From: a virus | Lineage: Duplodnaviria > Caudoviricetes | IMG/VR virus record: IMGVR_UViG_3300019374_000291 | Location: 31,736-95,735 of that record | Strand: one strand, 5' to 3' | Length of the DNA: 64,000 bases | Part shown: positions 27,247 through 37,454 of the stretch, piece after piece | How the letters are laid out: every line of letters starts with the position of its first letter | How positions within the stretch are numbered: the stretch's first letter is position 1 | Position numbers and translations under genes: made by a program | Notes under the pieces: generated by a model | The model's input: the letters and a program-made list of their open reading frames with translations, nothing else | The model's database searches: none | What the model was told of the DNA's origin: nothing

Positions 27247-27828
27247 TTAGTTCAGAAAATCCATATCGTCATCGTCAAGCTCATCGGCATCGTCGCCCTC
27301 GACCTCCACAAAGTCGGATGCCGCCGTCGGTCTGCCGGCAAGACGTTCACCGTGACGGACAAGCTGAATGTTCTGGAGTCCTGCCGCAATACCCTTGTTG
27401 CCGGAAGCAGCAAAGCCGTAGAAGTTGACAGACACATTGCAGTAGTCGCCGCTGCCGCATTCCATCGGGTCGAGGATGGGCTGCACATGGCGGTCGACGA
27501 TCTGCGGCGCGTCCTTGCTGGTCGCATTGAAGAAGAAATGACCTGCATAGTTCTCATCGTCGGGACGGTCGATATCGCCGTCGTGCATGGGCAGCTTAAG
27601 GTTTGCGGGGATCTTTCCGCTCCACTTCTTCTCCTTGGCAGCTTCCTTCGCTGCTTCGATCGCCTTCTTGATCTTAGCAAGGGTCGCCTTGTCATCCTTC
27701 GGAATGAGCAGGGAGACGGAATACTTCTCATCGCTGCCGTTGATGCTCTTGGGCTCCCAGATGTTTGCAAAAGAGATGCGGCAGGGCACGATGACCTTCG
27801 TTGCGGGTGCTGTATTGTTTTTAGCCAT
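27247..27828 (-). CDS. DUF2815 ssDNA-binding protein
   Basis: RISFANIWEP...KYSVSLLIPK...GNKGIAAGLQNIQ; acidic tail. Confidence 0.9.
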   Translation of the reverse strand: MAKNNTAPATKVIVPCRISFANIWEPKSINGSDEKYSVSLLIPKDDKATLAKIKKAIEAAKEAAKEKKWSGKIPANLKLPMHDGDIDRPDDENYAGHFFFNATSKDAPQIVDRHVQPILDPMECGSGDYCNVSVNFYGFAASGNKGIAAGLQNIQLVRHGERLAGRPTAASDFVEVEGDDADELDDDDMDFLN

Positions 27829-27854
27829 TATTTTATCCTCCTGAAAATGTAGTT

Positions 27855-29105
27855 TTATTTCTCGTCAGGCAGTACTGAAAACTCCTGATCCGGAGTGGAT
27901 GTGAGATCGACCGGCTCTCTTGGGTCACTTTCCGGTACGAGAGCCGGTTTTCCGGGCGGCTTGGCGACATATTCACCGAGCAGCTCATTGAACTTTTTCT
28001 TGCCCATCATCTTTTCAAATTCCGTCAGCGTGATGAGCGTCTGCTTGTAAAGGTCGGTGTAGCCGTTCTGCACAGCAGTATCGACCACCGCCTTGGTGTC
28101 CGTGAAAACACGTTTACTTCTGCCTTCGACCACCTTATAGCCGGGAATGGGTACGCCGTGATTGATCGCCTCGGAGGAGACGAATGCAAATACCGCCTCT
28201 ATCCACGAGGATATCCTGTTCAGCGTCGGCAGTATCTCCGCCAGTTCTGCTATAGGGATCAGGCCCGGCTGCTTGAATACGGCTGTATTTGTATCCGCTT
28301 CATAGGGCGCGGTCATATCAGATTCCTCTGCGGTATCATCAAAAGCCCCAGCATCAAGGTCGAGGAAATCCTCCCGGCAGAGCGCCAGTGCTTCATCGGC
28401 ACAGGCTTTGCATACCGGCTTTGCACGGCAGAAGCGGCACCAGTCACCCGGGTGCTGTTCGCCCTTTCCCTCGAAAGCAAGCAGAGCGGTCGGTTTGATG
28501 CTCTCGCCCCAGTCCTCAAGTTCCTGCCTGCTGCATTCAAATGTGCTGATATTATCAAGACGGGGCTGGATGATGCTCATACGAACGATTTCGATATCAT
28601 ACAAAAAGCCGTAAGCGGCTAAAGCCCCAATCGCGTACAGCATCATCTGGCTGTTGTGGCCTGCGTCCACGAACACGCCCTTGCCCGTCTTGAAATCACA
28701 TACATGAAGCAGACCTCTGCCATCAGCATCCTTGCCGATGATAAGCATATCCGCGGTGCCGAAGCCGGAGGGTGCGATATGACTGTAATCGACACGCTCT
28801 TCTACAAAAGCAAGAGGTTCACAGTCATTTTCCCGCATCTGCTCAATGATGGAAATGACGAATTCGGCATACACGTCGGTAATCTGCTCAATTTCCTCAG
28901 TGTCGAACTCCTCGGACTGCGGGCGTTTCACGCGCTCATGCAGATACTTTCGAACCTTGTACTCACAGATCTCATGGGCGAATGTACCTTCTTCGGCATA
29001 GACAGAGCTTTCATTCGGAAAGCTCTCCTGCAGGCGAACGGAAGGCGGACAGTGCAGCCACTGCTTGGAACTGGATGCGCTCAGAAGCGCGTGTACATCC
29101 GGCAT
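27855..29105 (-). CDS. DUF2800 Cas4-like exonuclease
   Basis: HALLSASS..WLHCPPS, GFGTAD, DFKTGKG, WCRFC. Confidence 0.9.
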   Translation of the reverse strand: MPDVHALLSASSSKQWLHCPPSVRLQESFPNESSVYAEEGTFAHEICEYKVRKYLHERVKRPQSEEFDTEEIEQITDVYAEFVISIIEQMRENDCEPLAFVEERVDYSHIAPSGFGTADMLIIGKDADGRGLLHVCDFKTGKGVFVDAGHNSQMMLYAIGALAAYGFLYDIEIVRMSIIQPRLDNISTFECSRQELEDWGESIKPTALLAFEGKGEQHPGDWCRFCRAKPVCKACADEALALCREDFLDLDAGAFDDTAEESDMTAPYEADTNTAVFKQPGLIPIAELAEILPTLNRISSWIEAVFAFVSSEAINHGVPIPGYKVVEGRSKRVFTDTKAVVDTAVQNGYTDLYKQTLITLTEFEKMMGKKKFNELLGEYVAKPPGKPALVPESDPREPVDLTSTPDQEFSVLPDEK

Positions 29106-29119
29106 CCGATCACCTCCGG

Positions 29120-29599
29120 TCAGAGCTGGGACACATCGGTGAGAAATGCCTCGTACTTGTCCTGCGGAATATCGCTGACCTTCGCTGCACCATACGATTT
29201 CAGCAGGGCGAGAACCTTGTCCTTGTTGGCTCTGTTCTGCTTGATCTTGCCGGTCACAACCTTAATAAGGTCATCGGCGGTCAGCTCCGATGCAGGCTCC
29301 TGTTTCTTTGCAGGGGCTTTCTTTTTCGGCTGCTCTTTCGGCTTTTCCTCCGGCTCGGTGTCCCACGGCAGATCATCAGCGGAAAGGATCTCTTCAAATT
29401 CATCCGGGTTGATAGTCTCCGGAGCTGTCTCCTTCGGCACACCGTTGATGGCCATATCTGCAAGCTGCTGTGCCATGCCCGGCTCCATTGAATTCAGAAG
29501 CTGGATAACACCGCCGAAGATCGTGCCGAGCCCGTCGATCAGCTTCTTTGCGTCTACCGGGATAGGCTCCGGCAGCTTGTTCTTTTTAGTCTCCGTCAT
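29120..29599 (-). CDS. Hypothetical phage protein
   Basis: C-terminal LLKSYGAAKVSDI...Y motif, typical of the gene upstream of DUF2800. Confidence 0.75.
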   Translation of the reverse strand: MTETKKNKLPEPIPVDAKKLIDGLGTIFGGVIQLLNSMEPGMAQQLADMAINGVPKETAPETINPDEFEEILSADDLPWDTEPEEKPKEQPKKKAPAKKQEPASELTADDLIKVVTGKIKQNRANKDKVLALLKSYGAAKVSDIPQDKYEAFLTDVSQL

Positions 29600-29942
29600 A
29601 GATCAGTCCCTCCTCGTCATCATCATTTTCAGGCATCTTCGCGATGACACCGCTGTCCCTGCGGAGCTTCTTCCTAAAATCGTCCGGGTAGCGGATCTCG
29701 AAGAAGACGCCCTCGTCATCAATTTTCAGGCGGAACACACCGACATCCAGTTCCATATTCGGGAGCATAGCCGATGCCATCGACATGAAGCGGAACATAT
29801 CTGTTGCGGTCTGTGCGATGTCTCCGGCACGCTTGTCCATTGCCGTTTCAAGCAGCTTCAGGGCATCCGGTTTACCTGCGGACTTGCCGGGATCGGGTGC
29901 GGCACCGCCGTTGTAGCGGTTCTTCGGGGTTTTGTTTTCCAT
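29586..29942 (-). CDS. Hypothetical protein
   Basis: ATG at 29942 after AAGGA. Confidence 0.6.
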   Translation of the reverse strand: MENKTPKNRYNGGAAPDPGKSAGKPDALKLLETAMDKRAGDIAQTATDMFRFMSMASAMLPNMELDVGVFRLKIDDEGVFFEIRYPDDFRKKLRRDSGVIAKMPENDDDEEGLIYDGD

Positions 29943-30003
29943 ATACTTTTCCTTTCTGTGCGGCCTTGCGGCCAATGTATTATCGTGAGGAGCATCATGG
30001 CCT

Positions 30004-30041
30004 CTCATATACTGTCGTGGGAGAAGCGATTTGTAAGGGGT
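30004..30041 (-). promoter_or_regulatory. 38-bp repeat, copy B; candidate sigma-factor promoter for the replication operon
   Basis: ACCCCTTACAAATCGCTTCTCCCACGACAGTATATGAG directly after the sigma gene; near-identical to 17459-17496. Confidence 0.65.
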
Positions 30042-30042
30042 C

Positions 30043-30747
30043 TCAGAAAAATTTTTTTGCCTTTGCCAGTGCATAACGCAGTCTCTCGTTGACCGACATC
30101 TTTGCGATGCCCAGCATTTCGGCGATCTCATCCTGTGTCATGCAGTCACGGTAGTACAGGATAAACACCTCGCGCTGCTTCTCTGTCATATCCGCAAGCA
30201 TCTCTTCTCTGGTCTCACGGCGCTCCACAGCATCCTGCGGATTCTCGCCAATGCGTCCGTCGTACCAGTTGAAGGCTCTACGGAAAGGGTCTGCCACTGC
30301 CAGTTCCATATCGCCGTCCTTATCCCCGTTGTCGGCGCTGTCATAATCTGTAGTATCCTTGCGGCTGCCGGTGCGGTTCATGCTGTTTGCCTCAATGCGG
30401 TGGTCGCCAATCAACGTCACTGCAAGGATCCACGGCTGTGTGGCGAGAAAGCCGTCCGGCAGTTCGTAGGACTCTCTGAAGCTTTCCTTTTCTGAATCCC
30501 TCAGCTTATTAAAATAGAAAGTGAAGTTTTTGCAGTACGGCAGCCACACAACGGTGCGTCCGGTGATATTCTGGTAGATTGCAAAGCCGTTGCTGAACAG
30601 TGTGCAGTCGTTTGTTTCTGCAATCGGTTCACCGGCGGTCTCAAACAGCTCTTTCGGGGTAGGTGTCTTGCCGGACTTTTCAGCAAGATTGAGAATGGTG
30701 AGCAGTTCTCCGAGGGTAGTTCTATCTGTTACAGTGATCGTATTCAT
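30043..30747 (-). CDS. Sigma-70 region-4 containing protein
   Basis: MTEKQREVFILYY...TQDEIAEMLGI...SVNERL. Confidence 0.8.
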   Translation of the reverse strand: MNTITVTDRTTLGELLTILNLAEKSGKTPTPKELFETAGEPIAETNDCTLFSNGFAIYQNITGRTVVWLPYCKNFTFYFNKLRDSEKESFRESYELPDGFLATQPWILAVTLIGDHRIEANSMNRTGSRKDTTDYDSADNGDKDGDMELAVADPFRRAFNWYDGRIGENPQDAVERRETREEMLADMTEKQREVFILYYRDCMTQDEIAEMLGIAKMSVNERLRYALAKAKKFF

Positions 30748-31532
30748 AGTCGTTCCTTTCTGCAAGGAACGCACTCGCGGCAAATGCTCCTACTGCGTAA
30801 AAGGCACGCAGGCAGACGATGTCCACACGGAAATTCTTTCATGATACCTGTTTCGGTCAATACTGACCGCAGGCATGATTTTCCGTTATGAGCATCTGTC
30901 CGCCAATGCGCGCCTTGACTAACAAATGTGATTTTTCTATGCTTCGGCATAAAAATAGCCGGATGCATACAGAGGGAGAACATACAGCTTGATCTGCCGT
31001 CCACAGGGTATAGCTATGGCCTAGAGACTTTTGCTGTATGAACGCCCGCCTACCGTATGCATCCGGCAGCGAGGTGTTCAGCAAGGTATTCATTCGGCAA
31101 CCTCCGAAAAAGTTGCACAAATCCGCTTTCCGGAACTTGACATAGCGGTAACCATTGTGGATCCGCTTTCAAGCCGGTTCCCGGAAATCATCGAATCTAT
31201 GACGTTTCCGATGAACGCCCTGCTCTATTGTGTTCGGGAGTTTGTCCCCCCTACAATTATAGTTTAACATATATTTTCCGGCCTGTAAGCCAATCAACGG
31301 GGTTGCCGAATAAAACGGCGATTCTGCGTGCTTTTTTGAAAATCATCGAAAAGTGTCCATGTCAGGTGGACACATTCATTGCGAAAATGCCGATTTTACG
31401 TCAGTGATATTTCTGTTGTATTTTTATTCTGACAACCAAACAGGTTGCAGAATCGTGCAATAAAATTTTCAAATCGTCATTTTGCACAATGGAAACGATC
31501 CGTTTTTCCGCATCTCAACCGCAGAAGGGCAT

Positions 31533-31564
31533 AAAAAAGACCAGCGGTCATATAACCGCCGGTC
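31533..31564 (-). terminator. Rho-independent terminator
   Basis: GACCGGCGGT/ACCGCTGGTC stem followed by T6 on the minus strand. Confidence 0.7.
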
Positions 31565-31574
31565 ATCATTATTA

Positions 31575-34028
31575 TCATTCTTCCTCTATTCCGTACCTTC
31601 TTCTTAGCTGGCTCTGTGTCTGTGAATCGAAGTCGAGCATATCCAGTTCAAACTGTCTGCCGTCATTCAGTTTTTTGAAGCCCTGCTCCGTAAGGATATC
31701 GTTGCCGCGCTCGATCGTCATATTTCTGTCGCTCAGCAGATGCAGATAGATCGGGTCTGCACCGTAATAGCTGAGATGCAGTCCTGCCAGCTCGATCAGG
31801 CGAAGGCTGACGCCGATATCCAGTTTCAGGCTGATACAGATACCGACAACATGACGCTTCAGCATGATCTCCCTTTTCAGCCATTTCTGAAACGCCTGCC
31901 GCGATACGCCCATGTGGGATGCCAGTGTTGTCTGAGAAACACCCAGTTCATCGAGCACCATCTGAAGTGCGTCATGGAACGTGCCGTGAAGTGCGCCTGC
32001 CAGTGCGCCCCAACGTGCCGCACTTTCAGAAAATGCGTTGTTTTCAGCCTGATAGCCTTCCTCTCCGGGTTCACTGACAAGCTCCACTGTATTATATTTT
32101 CCGTTGCCGTTTTTCTTGGTACGCGCCGCAGAACCGCCTGCGTATTGGAATGTGATCTTCCTGCGTTTCGGTCTGAACGCCAGACAGCATTCATCAATGT
32201 GTGCATGGGCATATTCTGTCAGCCGCTGCATCCCATTGGGTGCGGTTTCAATATAGCGGGAATCGTTGAGAACGTAGTGTCCCTCCAGATAGACATATCT
32301 GCCGCTGAGCAGCACGCTTGCAAATCGCTCTGAGGAGCTGATGAGTGCGATCGCATCCTGCCTGTCGATCGTGTATATCACATTGCTGTACCATACGCCG
32401 CTGGCAGCATGATCCGGCACCCGCTCCTTATTGCCGATGAAGTTCCAGATTCCCTCAACCTCGGTGATTCCGATCTCCTTCATGCGAATCTTCGTCATCT
32501 GCATGGAGGCACCGTATATTTTGGTCAGGATACCGAGCATCCACATGAGTGCGCGGGGTGATCTGTCATTCCCGGTGCGTTCAAACATGCGCTCACACTC
32601 ATTGCAGAAAGTTCCTTCCTCCATCATCACATATGCAGTGAGCTTCTCGTCCTGCTTTTCCATTTCAGCGATCAGTTCCATTCCATCATACTGAACGTCC
32701 TGTTCTTTTCTCAGCCAACTGCTCGTTCTGTCGATGAAATTGTAACTCGGTACGCCCGCCATCAGCTGCAGCATAAAGAACGGCAGATCCACATACACAT
32801 GGACACACTCGTGAATGATGGTTGCCAAAACATCTGAAGGCCGCAGCATCTCATCCAGATTGATGATGATATCTCCGGCCTTGCATTTGAGAAGATCGCC
32901 GCTGCTGTCCGGTATTTCCATATCCGAAAAGATGATGCGGCCCTTTATACCCTCTCCTTTTCCAAGATGCTCCTTGCGCAGACGCAGCTTCATGCGGCTG
33001 TATCGCTTTTTCAGCCATCTGCTCAGTCTCTGCACCAGAACCTCACCGTCAATTTTAGTCGGTGCTTTCAGTGCTTCGGGATAAATATCCTTCAGCATTT
33101 TTGCAGCAAGTGCCGGAAAATCCCTGTATGAAATATTCGGCCTGAGTATCTTGTTGGTCGGCCATGTCTGCTGCCGCGTGATCGCGTCCTCCGGAAAATA
33201 CTGAACGGGTGCCAGTATCGGCCCGCTGCAGGTCTTCTGACCGTTCCTCCCGTAAAGATCGAAGGTGTATCGAAAACGATAATCGATTGTCCTGTGAGAA
33301 TCCCGATACACATACAGCGTTTGTTCACCGCCGCCCTGCGCCATCGGTACTTTCAGCGTAAAATCACCGCTGACGATCACATCCACGATGAAGTTGTCCA
33401 GTCTCTGTTCCCACGAGCTTTCCACACGCTTCACGCAGCAGCCATCGTAGCTGACAAGAACGGCATCTGTGATATCGAGTGCGTTTACAATATCCGAAGG
33501 ACAGGTGTCTGTCAGGTACCGGAGCGCTTCTCCGAAGTCCTCATGCAGGTTATTCTGCAGCACATCCAAGACTGTATGGACTCTGCGGGTGCTGTCTGCT
33601 TCAATATTGATATCCGGTGTAGATGTTGGCATCATCACAAGTGAACGTCTGCCGTTCATCTCCACTACGGTCGAGGTATATCCCTCACTGTAACCGAGAT
33701 TCAGCCCTCTGCTGGGCGGTGTGTAAAGCCCTGCAATGCCGAAACCGCTCATGCCGCTATGGAGCGCATAAAAGCATTCAAGCTCTTCGCGTTCTTGCGG
33801 TGTACAGGTACGGCGGTAATAATCAAATTCCTCCCTTGTGACGTACATTCCGATCGCCATTCTGATGCGGATGTTTTCTCTGTTCATGCGCGGCTTTTGC
33901 TTCGAGCTGCGTTTGCGCTTCTGTTTTGCCTTTTCTTCCTGCTCGATGATATCCAGTATATCCGGATACCGATAGTCATCCGTCCTTCCGTCCAAGTTCT
34001 CGAACCAGTAATAATCACTTGATCTCAT
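31575..34028 (-). CDS. ImmA/IrrE-like metallopeptidase fused to a C-terminal XRE HTH
   Basis: TIIHECVH (HExxH) with a downstream E; VSQTTLASHMGVSRQAFQKW HTH; start chosen by RBS. Confidence 0.75.
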   Translation of the reverse strand: MRSSDYYWFENLDGRTDDYRYPDILDIIEQEEKAKQKRKRSSKQKPRMNRENIRIRMAIGMYVTREEFDYYRRTCTPQEREELECFYALHSGMSGFGIAGLYTPPSRGLNLGYSEGYTSTVVEMNGRRSLVMMPTSTPDINIEADSTRRVHTVLDVLQNNLHEDFGEALRYLTDTCPSDIVNALDITDAVLVSYDGCCVKRVESSWEQRLDNFIVDVIVSGDFTLKVPMAQGGGEQTLYVYRDSHRTIDYRFRYTFDLYGRNGQKTCSGPILAPVQYFPEDAITRQQTWPTNKILRPNISYRDFPALAAKMLKDIYPEALKAPTKIDGEVLVQRLSRWLKKRYSRMKLRLRKEHLGKGEGIKGRIIFSDMEIPDSSGDLLKCKAGDIIINLDEMLRPSDVLATIIHECVHVYVDLPFFMLQLMAGVPSYNFIDRTSSWLRKEQDVQYDGMELIAEMEKQDEKLTAYVMMEEGTFCNECERMFERTGNDRSPRALMWMLGILTKIYGASMQMTKIRMKEIGITEVEGIWNFIGNKERVPDHAASGVWYSNVIYTIDRQDAIALISSSERFASVLLSGRYVYLEGHYVLNDSRYIETAPNGMQRLTEYAHAHIDECCLAFRPKRRKITFQYAGGSAARTKKNGNGKYNTVELVSEPGEEGYQAENNAFSESAARWGALAGALHGTFHDALQMVLDELGVSQTTLASHMGVSRQAFQKWLKREIMLKRHVVGICISLKLDIGVSLRLIELAGLHLSYYGADPIYLHLLSDRNMTIERGNDILTEQGFKKLNDGRQFELDMLDFDSQTQSQLRRRYGIEEE

Positions 34029-34238
34029 ATATTCCCCCTGTTTACTGTTATGATCCTGTGTCTCCCGATACATTCTCTTGTTCTGCACATCTGTAGTTTT
34101 AACAGCAGTAAATACCTCTGGCGAAGGCGGGGCTGCAAACATAAGGCTTACGAAGTGCGGATATCTGTATAAGTCATTAAGCCTGACCAAGCTGCCGCAT
34201 TCATACAGCACAAACGTTCGCTTGTCTGTTTACTCTCC

Positions 34239-34267
34239 ATTATACACCACAGTGCAGCTCCTGTCAA
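34239..34267 (-). promoter_or_regulatory. Consensus promoter TTGACA-N17-TATAAT (leftward)
   Basis: Exact consensus read from the sequence. Confidence 0.85.
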
Positions 34268-34302
34268 GAGGTTTTGCAAACATTTTATTTTCTTTTCAGC
34301 TA

Positions 34303-34331
34303 TTGACAGAAAAGATATTGTGTGCTATAAT
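34303..34331 (+). promoter_or_regulatory. Consensus promoter TTGACA-N17-TATAAT with extended TG (rightward)
   Basis: Exact consensus read from the sequence. Confidence 0.85.
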
Positions 34332-34464
34332 ATAGCCAAAGAGTATTCTGCCTACAGGATAAGTATACCTATGCGATGCATGAAGGCAGCTTTTATTGAG
34401 AAACGAATACGGCCGCTTGGCATGAGATCACAGCGGTGCTATCATTTGAACGGAGGATGTTGTT

Positions 34465-35433
34465 ATGAGTACCGATGATAAGAAGGTCAAACGAACAACA
34501 AGTAAAGTGACACGAGCCGGAGCGAATGCCGTTCCCCAGAAAGCGGCAAATGCGGGGCTGACAACAAATGCGCAGCTTCATATGACTGATTCTGTCATCG
34601 GGAAGGCTTCTGATGAGCGTACTGCTGAATCTGTCAGATTCGGGCCTGCGATCAAGGCATTCAGAGCAAAGGCAGGGCTCTCACAGGCAGAACTTGCTGA
34701 TATCGTTCATGTCAGCCGCAATACGGTCGTGAAGTGGGAAAATGACGGATACAAGCCAGATCATGACACGATCGTTGAATTGTGTAAAATTCTCGGTATG
34801 TCGCTGGATGACCTTTACGGCATTGCGACAACTGCGGTGACACAGCAGGAGCTGAAGATGCTGCGGGAATACCGCCTCATCAGTCCTGTCGGGCAGAAGG
34901 TCATCGAAAAAATGATTTTTCATATGCTTGATGAGGAGCTGAAAGCGAAGGACGAACTGATGAAAGCATCCTTTGCACTGTTCGAGACACCCTGTACAAG
35001 AGCAGCGGCTGGCTCCGGTACCCCCTACTCCGATGAGGAAATGACATACTGCTTTATGAGGAAAACCGACAGGAACCGTCTTGCAGATGCTGTGGTCGGT
35101 GTTGTCGGAGACAGTATGCTGCCAGTCTACCACGACGGTGACAGTGTCTACATTGAATACTGCGAGGACGCTTATCCAGGAGAGGATGTGGTCTGCAACA
35201 CACCAGATGGTCTGATCATCAAGCGGCTTTCCGCCGACCACAGGCTGTTCTCTGTGAATCCGAAGATTCCGTACTCTGAAAAGGATGATGGATATACGAT
35301 TCAGATCGTGGGGCGTGTATTGGGCATTGCAGAGACATCCGACTTCCCGGCTGACGGAGAGGATAAGATTCTGGAAAATTTGTTTGACAGAGAGATTGGT
35401 CTGTTCAAGCAGGAACACCATATGTATGACTGA
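34465..35433 (+). CDS. XRE HTH plus S24 peptidase (CI/LexA-like repressor)
   Basis: [21 protein letters not shown]; AAAG cleavage site, [11 protein letters not shown]. Confidence 0.88.
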   Translation: MSTDDKKVKRTTSKVTRAGANAVPQKAANAGLTTNAQLHMTDSVIGKASDERTAESVRFGPAIKAFRAKAGLSQAELADIVHVSRNTVVKWENDGYKPDHDTIVELCKILGMSLDDLYGIATTAVTQQELKMLREYRLISPVGQKVIEKMIFHMLDEELKAKDELMKASFALFETPCTRAAAGSGTPYSDEEMTYCFMRKTDRNRLADAVVGVVGDSMLPVYHDGDSVYIEYCEDAYPGEDVVCNTPDGLIIKRLSADHRLFSVNPKIPYSEKDDGYTIQIVGRVLGIAETSDFPADGEDKILENLFDREIGLFKQEHHMYD

Positions 35434-35443
35434 GGGCAAATAA

Positions 35444-36001
35444 ATGGCAAAACTGATATTCAGATACGGTGCGATGGGCAGTTCAAAGACAGCCAATGCA
35501 CTGATGGTGCGATATAACTACTATGAGCGCGATAAGAAGGTCGTACTGCTGAAGCCGCGATGCGAGGACAGGGACGGCGCAAAAGTTATAAAGTCCCGTA
35601 TCGGACTGGAGGAACCCTGTGAATTTGCAGAGGAGTTTCTTGAAAACTATAGCGGTGAGCATTATGACTGCATTATCGTTGACGAAGTGCAGTTCCTTGC
35701 ACCGGAGATCATTGACAGGCTCAGTGATCTTGTCGATACCTACGGCATAACCGTTATCTGCTACGGCCTGCGGACGGACTTCCAGAGTCATTTGTTTCCC
35801 GGCGCACAGCGGCTTATGGAGCTTGCAGACGATATTGAGCAGATACGGACGATATGCTGGTGCGGCAAGCGGGCGCATTTCAATGCAAGGCTGCTGAACG
35901 GTGAGATGGTCACAGTGGGCGAACAGGTACAGCTCGGCGGCAACGAGAGTTATATCTCGCTTTGCAGAAAACATTATAAGGAAAAACAAGTAAAACAGTA
36001 A
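35444..36001 (+). CDS. tdk: Thymidine kinase
   Basis: YGAMGSSKT, VDEVQF, YGLRTDF, CWCG, GGNESY..LCRKH. Confidence 0.95.
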   Translation: MAKLIFRYGAMGSSKTANALMVRYNYYERDKKVVLLKPRCEDRDGAKVIKSRIGLEEPCEFAEEFLENYSGEHYDCIIVDEVQFLAPEIIDRLSDLVDTYGITVICYGLRTDFQSHLFPGAQRLMELADDIEQIRTICWCGKRAHFNARLLNGEMVTVGEQVQLGGNESYISLCRKHYKEKQVKQ

Positions 36002-36037
36002 TTTCATAATCATGCATACAGAATAGGGTGATAAGAT

Positions 36038-37096
36038 ATGAAAATAGTTGTAACGATAAAAAGCTTTGATGATGAAATGAGTCAATTTGACGATTTTATA
36101 CCTTCACTTTCGGAATCAATGAAAAGCCTGATAGATCAGATTCTTGAAATGGATAATCCACCAATTAATATTGAGGGGCTAAACTCAATTCATTTTACTA
36201 ATGATTATCTAAATGAATTGTTCGCTTTTCAGAAATCAGTCGGTCATAATACATTTGCAACAAGAAATAAAATAGCTGGTGGGCATGCTCAAGTTGTCTG
36301 TGTCGAAGAAGGAGAAGGCAAACCTGATGATATTGGATATCATATTTTTATTGACAAAAAAATACCTCTGACAATCCTGATTGGCCAATTAACCGAGAAT
36401 AATACAGAGATAACAGATGAAAGTAGTATCACCATAGCTCGGAATTCTAAAAATGAATTCATTCGAATGATAAAGCATGAACTGGCACATGTTGAAGATG
36501 AAAATAATCAAAAACGATGGGAATGGTTAGATGCAATGTATTCAGTAAAGGATCTTCAAAATGGATTAAGGCAGAATGCATTGCGATTTTGGGAAGAATA
36601 CTATGCATGTAAAAGATCAAATTTTATATACGATGCAGATATTGCCGTACAAGATATTAAGTCGCTATTAAACAACTTAGAAACAGCTGAAAAAGAGATT
36701 TGCGATTTGCGTTGGAAATATAATAAAATGGAAATATCTCTTGATGACTTTGTTGCAAGATTCCATGATTATATCAAAACGGCTTTAATTTATTGCTGTT
36801 ACTTTATGGGGCATATGAACCTGATGTATGAGCAAATGAAAGGCGTAATTGAAGCAAACATGTTTCCATCACGTTTTTATTGCTTTGTACCGGAGATATG
36901 GAGCGAACTTCGAAGAATAGACGAAACTTATCCAGAATGGAAAGGTCCTGAAATATTAGATGGTATTTCAGTGATACTTATTAAGTGTATTAATTCATTC
37001 GAAATATACCTTACAGAAGAAGAAAATGGCATAAGATATGACATCCCGGTTTGTAAATTGAAAACTAGACGCGAGGAAAGTCAGGCCGAAGAATAA
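36038..37096 (+). CDS. AT-rich hypothetical protein with a zincin-like HExxH motif
   Basis: KHELAH plus downstream WEEYYA; clear drop in GC. Confidence 0.7.
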   Translation: MKIVVTIKSFDDEMSQFDDFIPSLSESMKSLIDQILEMDNPPINIEGLNSIHFTNDYLNELFAFQKSVGHNTFATRNKIAGGHAQVVCVEEGEGKPDDIGYHIFIDKKIPLTILIGQLTENNTEITDESSITIARNSKNEFIRMIKHELAHVEDENNQKRWEWLDAMYSVKDLQNGLRQNALRFWEEYYACKRSNFIYDADIAVQDIKSLLNNLETAEKEICDLRWKYNKMEISLDDFVARFHDYIKTALIYCCYFMGHMNLMYEQMKGVIEANMFPSRFYCFVPEIWSELRRIDETYPEWKGPEILDGISVILIKCINSFEIYLTEEENGIRYDIPVCKLKTRREESQAEE

Positions 37097-37136
37097 TACT
37101 GTAAAGTTTTTATATTGCATTAAAGGGGGCGGTGGC

Positions 37137-37430
37137 ATGAAACAGCCGGTAATACGGATGGAGCGAAAATATGTCAAGGTCAATTCCGATTTCGATGCCA
37201 CAGGCTATATGCAGCCGAGAACGATCACATGGGAGGACGGACGAGTATTCAGAATCGAAGCGGTCAAAGATTTCAGGCCTGCCGGTGCGAACCATGACAG
37301 CCTGACCTGCGGCTGCTATACGGTCGTTATAAAGGGAGAGCTCAAGTATCTCTTCTTTGAAAAAGCGAATACCCATCATGTCAGCAGTGTCGGCAGATGG
37401 TATGTGGAGTGTCCAGTCGTGATACAATAA
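37137..37430 (+). CDS. Small conserved protein preceding the Y-family polymerase
   Basis: YVKV...PRTITWEDGRVFRI...YLFFE...WYVE. Confidence 0.75.
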   Translation: MKQPVIRMERKYVKVNSDFDATGYMQPRTITWEDGRVFRIEAVKDFRPAGANHDSLTCGCYTVVIKGELKYLFFEKANTHHVSSVGRWYVECPVVIQ

Positions 37431-37454
37431 GTTAGAACATAGGGGGCGTAGATT

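Larger units (their letters stand above)
1..35433 (-). mobile_element. Prophage-like element (control, replication, modification and start of packaging modules), continuing left of the window
   Basis: Gene order sigma factor-DUF2800-DUF2815-PolA-VRR-NUC-SNF2-primase-HNH-metK-methylases-DUF4314-amidoligase-GGCT matches the Phi-m46.1-like Firmicutes prophage layout. Structural genes are not in the window; boundaries approximate. Confidence 0.8.

Noticed and set aside
27855-29105. Cas4-like nuclease as a CRISPR or pAgo partner
   Set aside because: It is the standard DUF2800 gene of the DUF2800-DUF2815-PolA replication block, about 17 kb from the pAgo.
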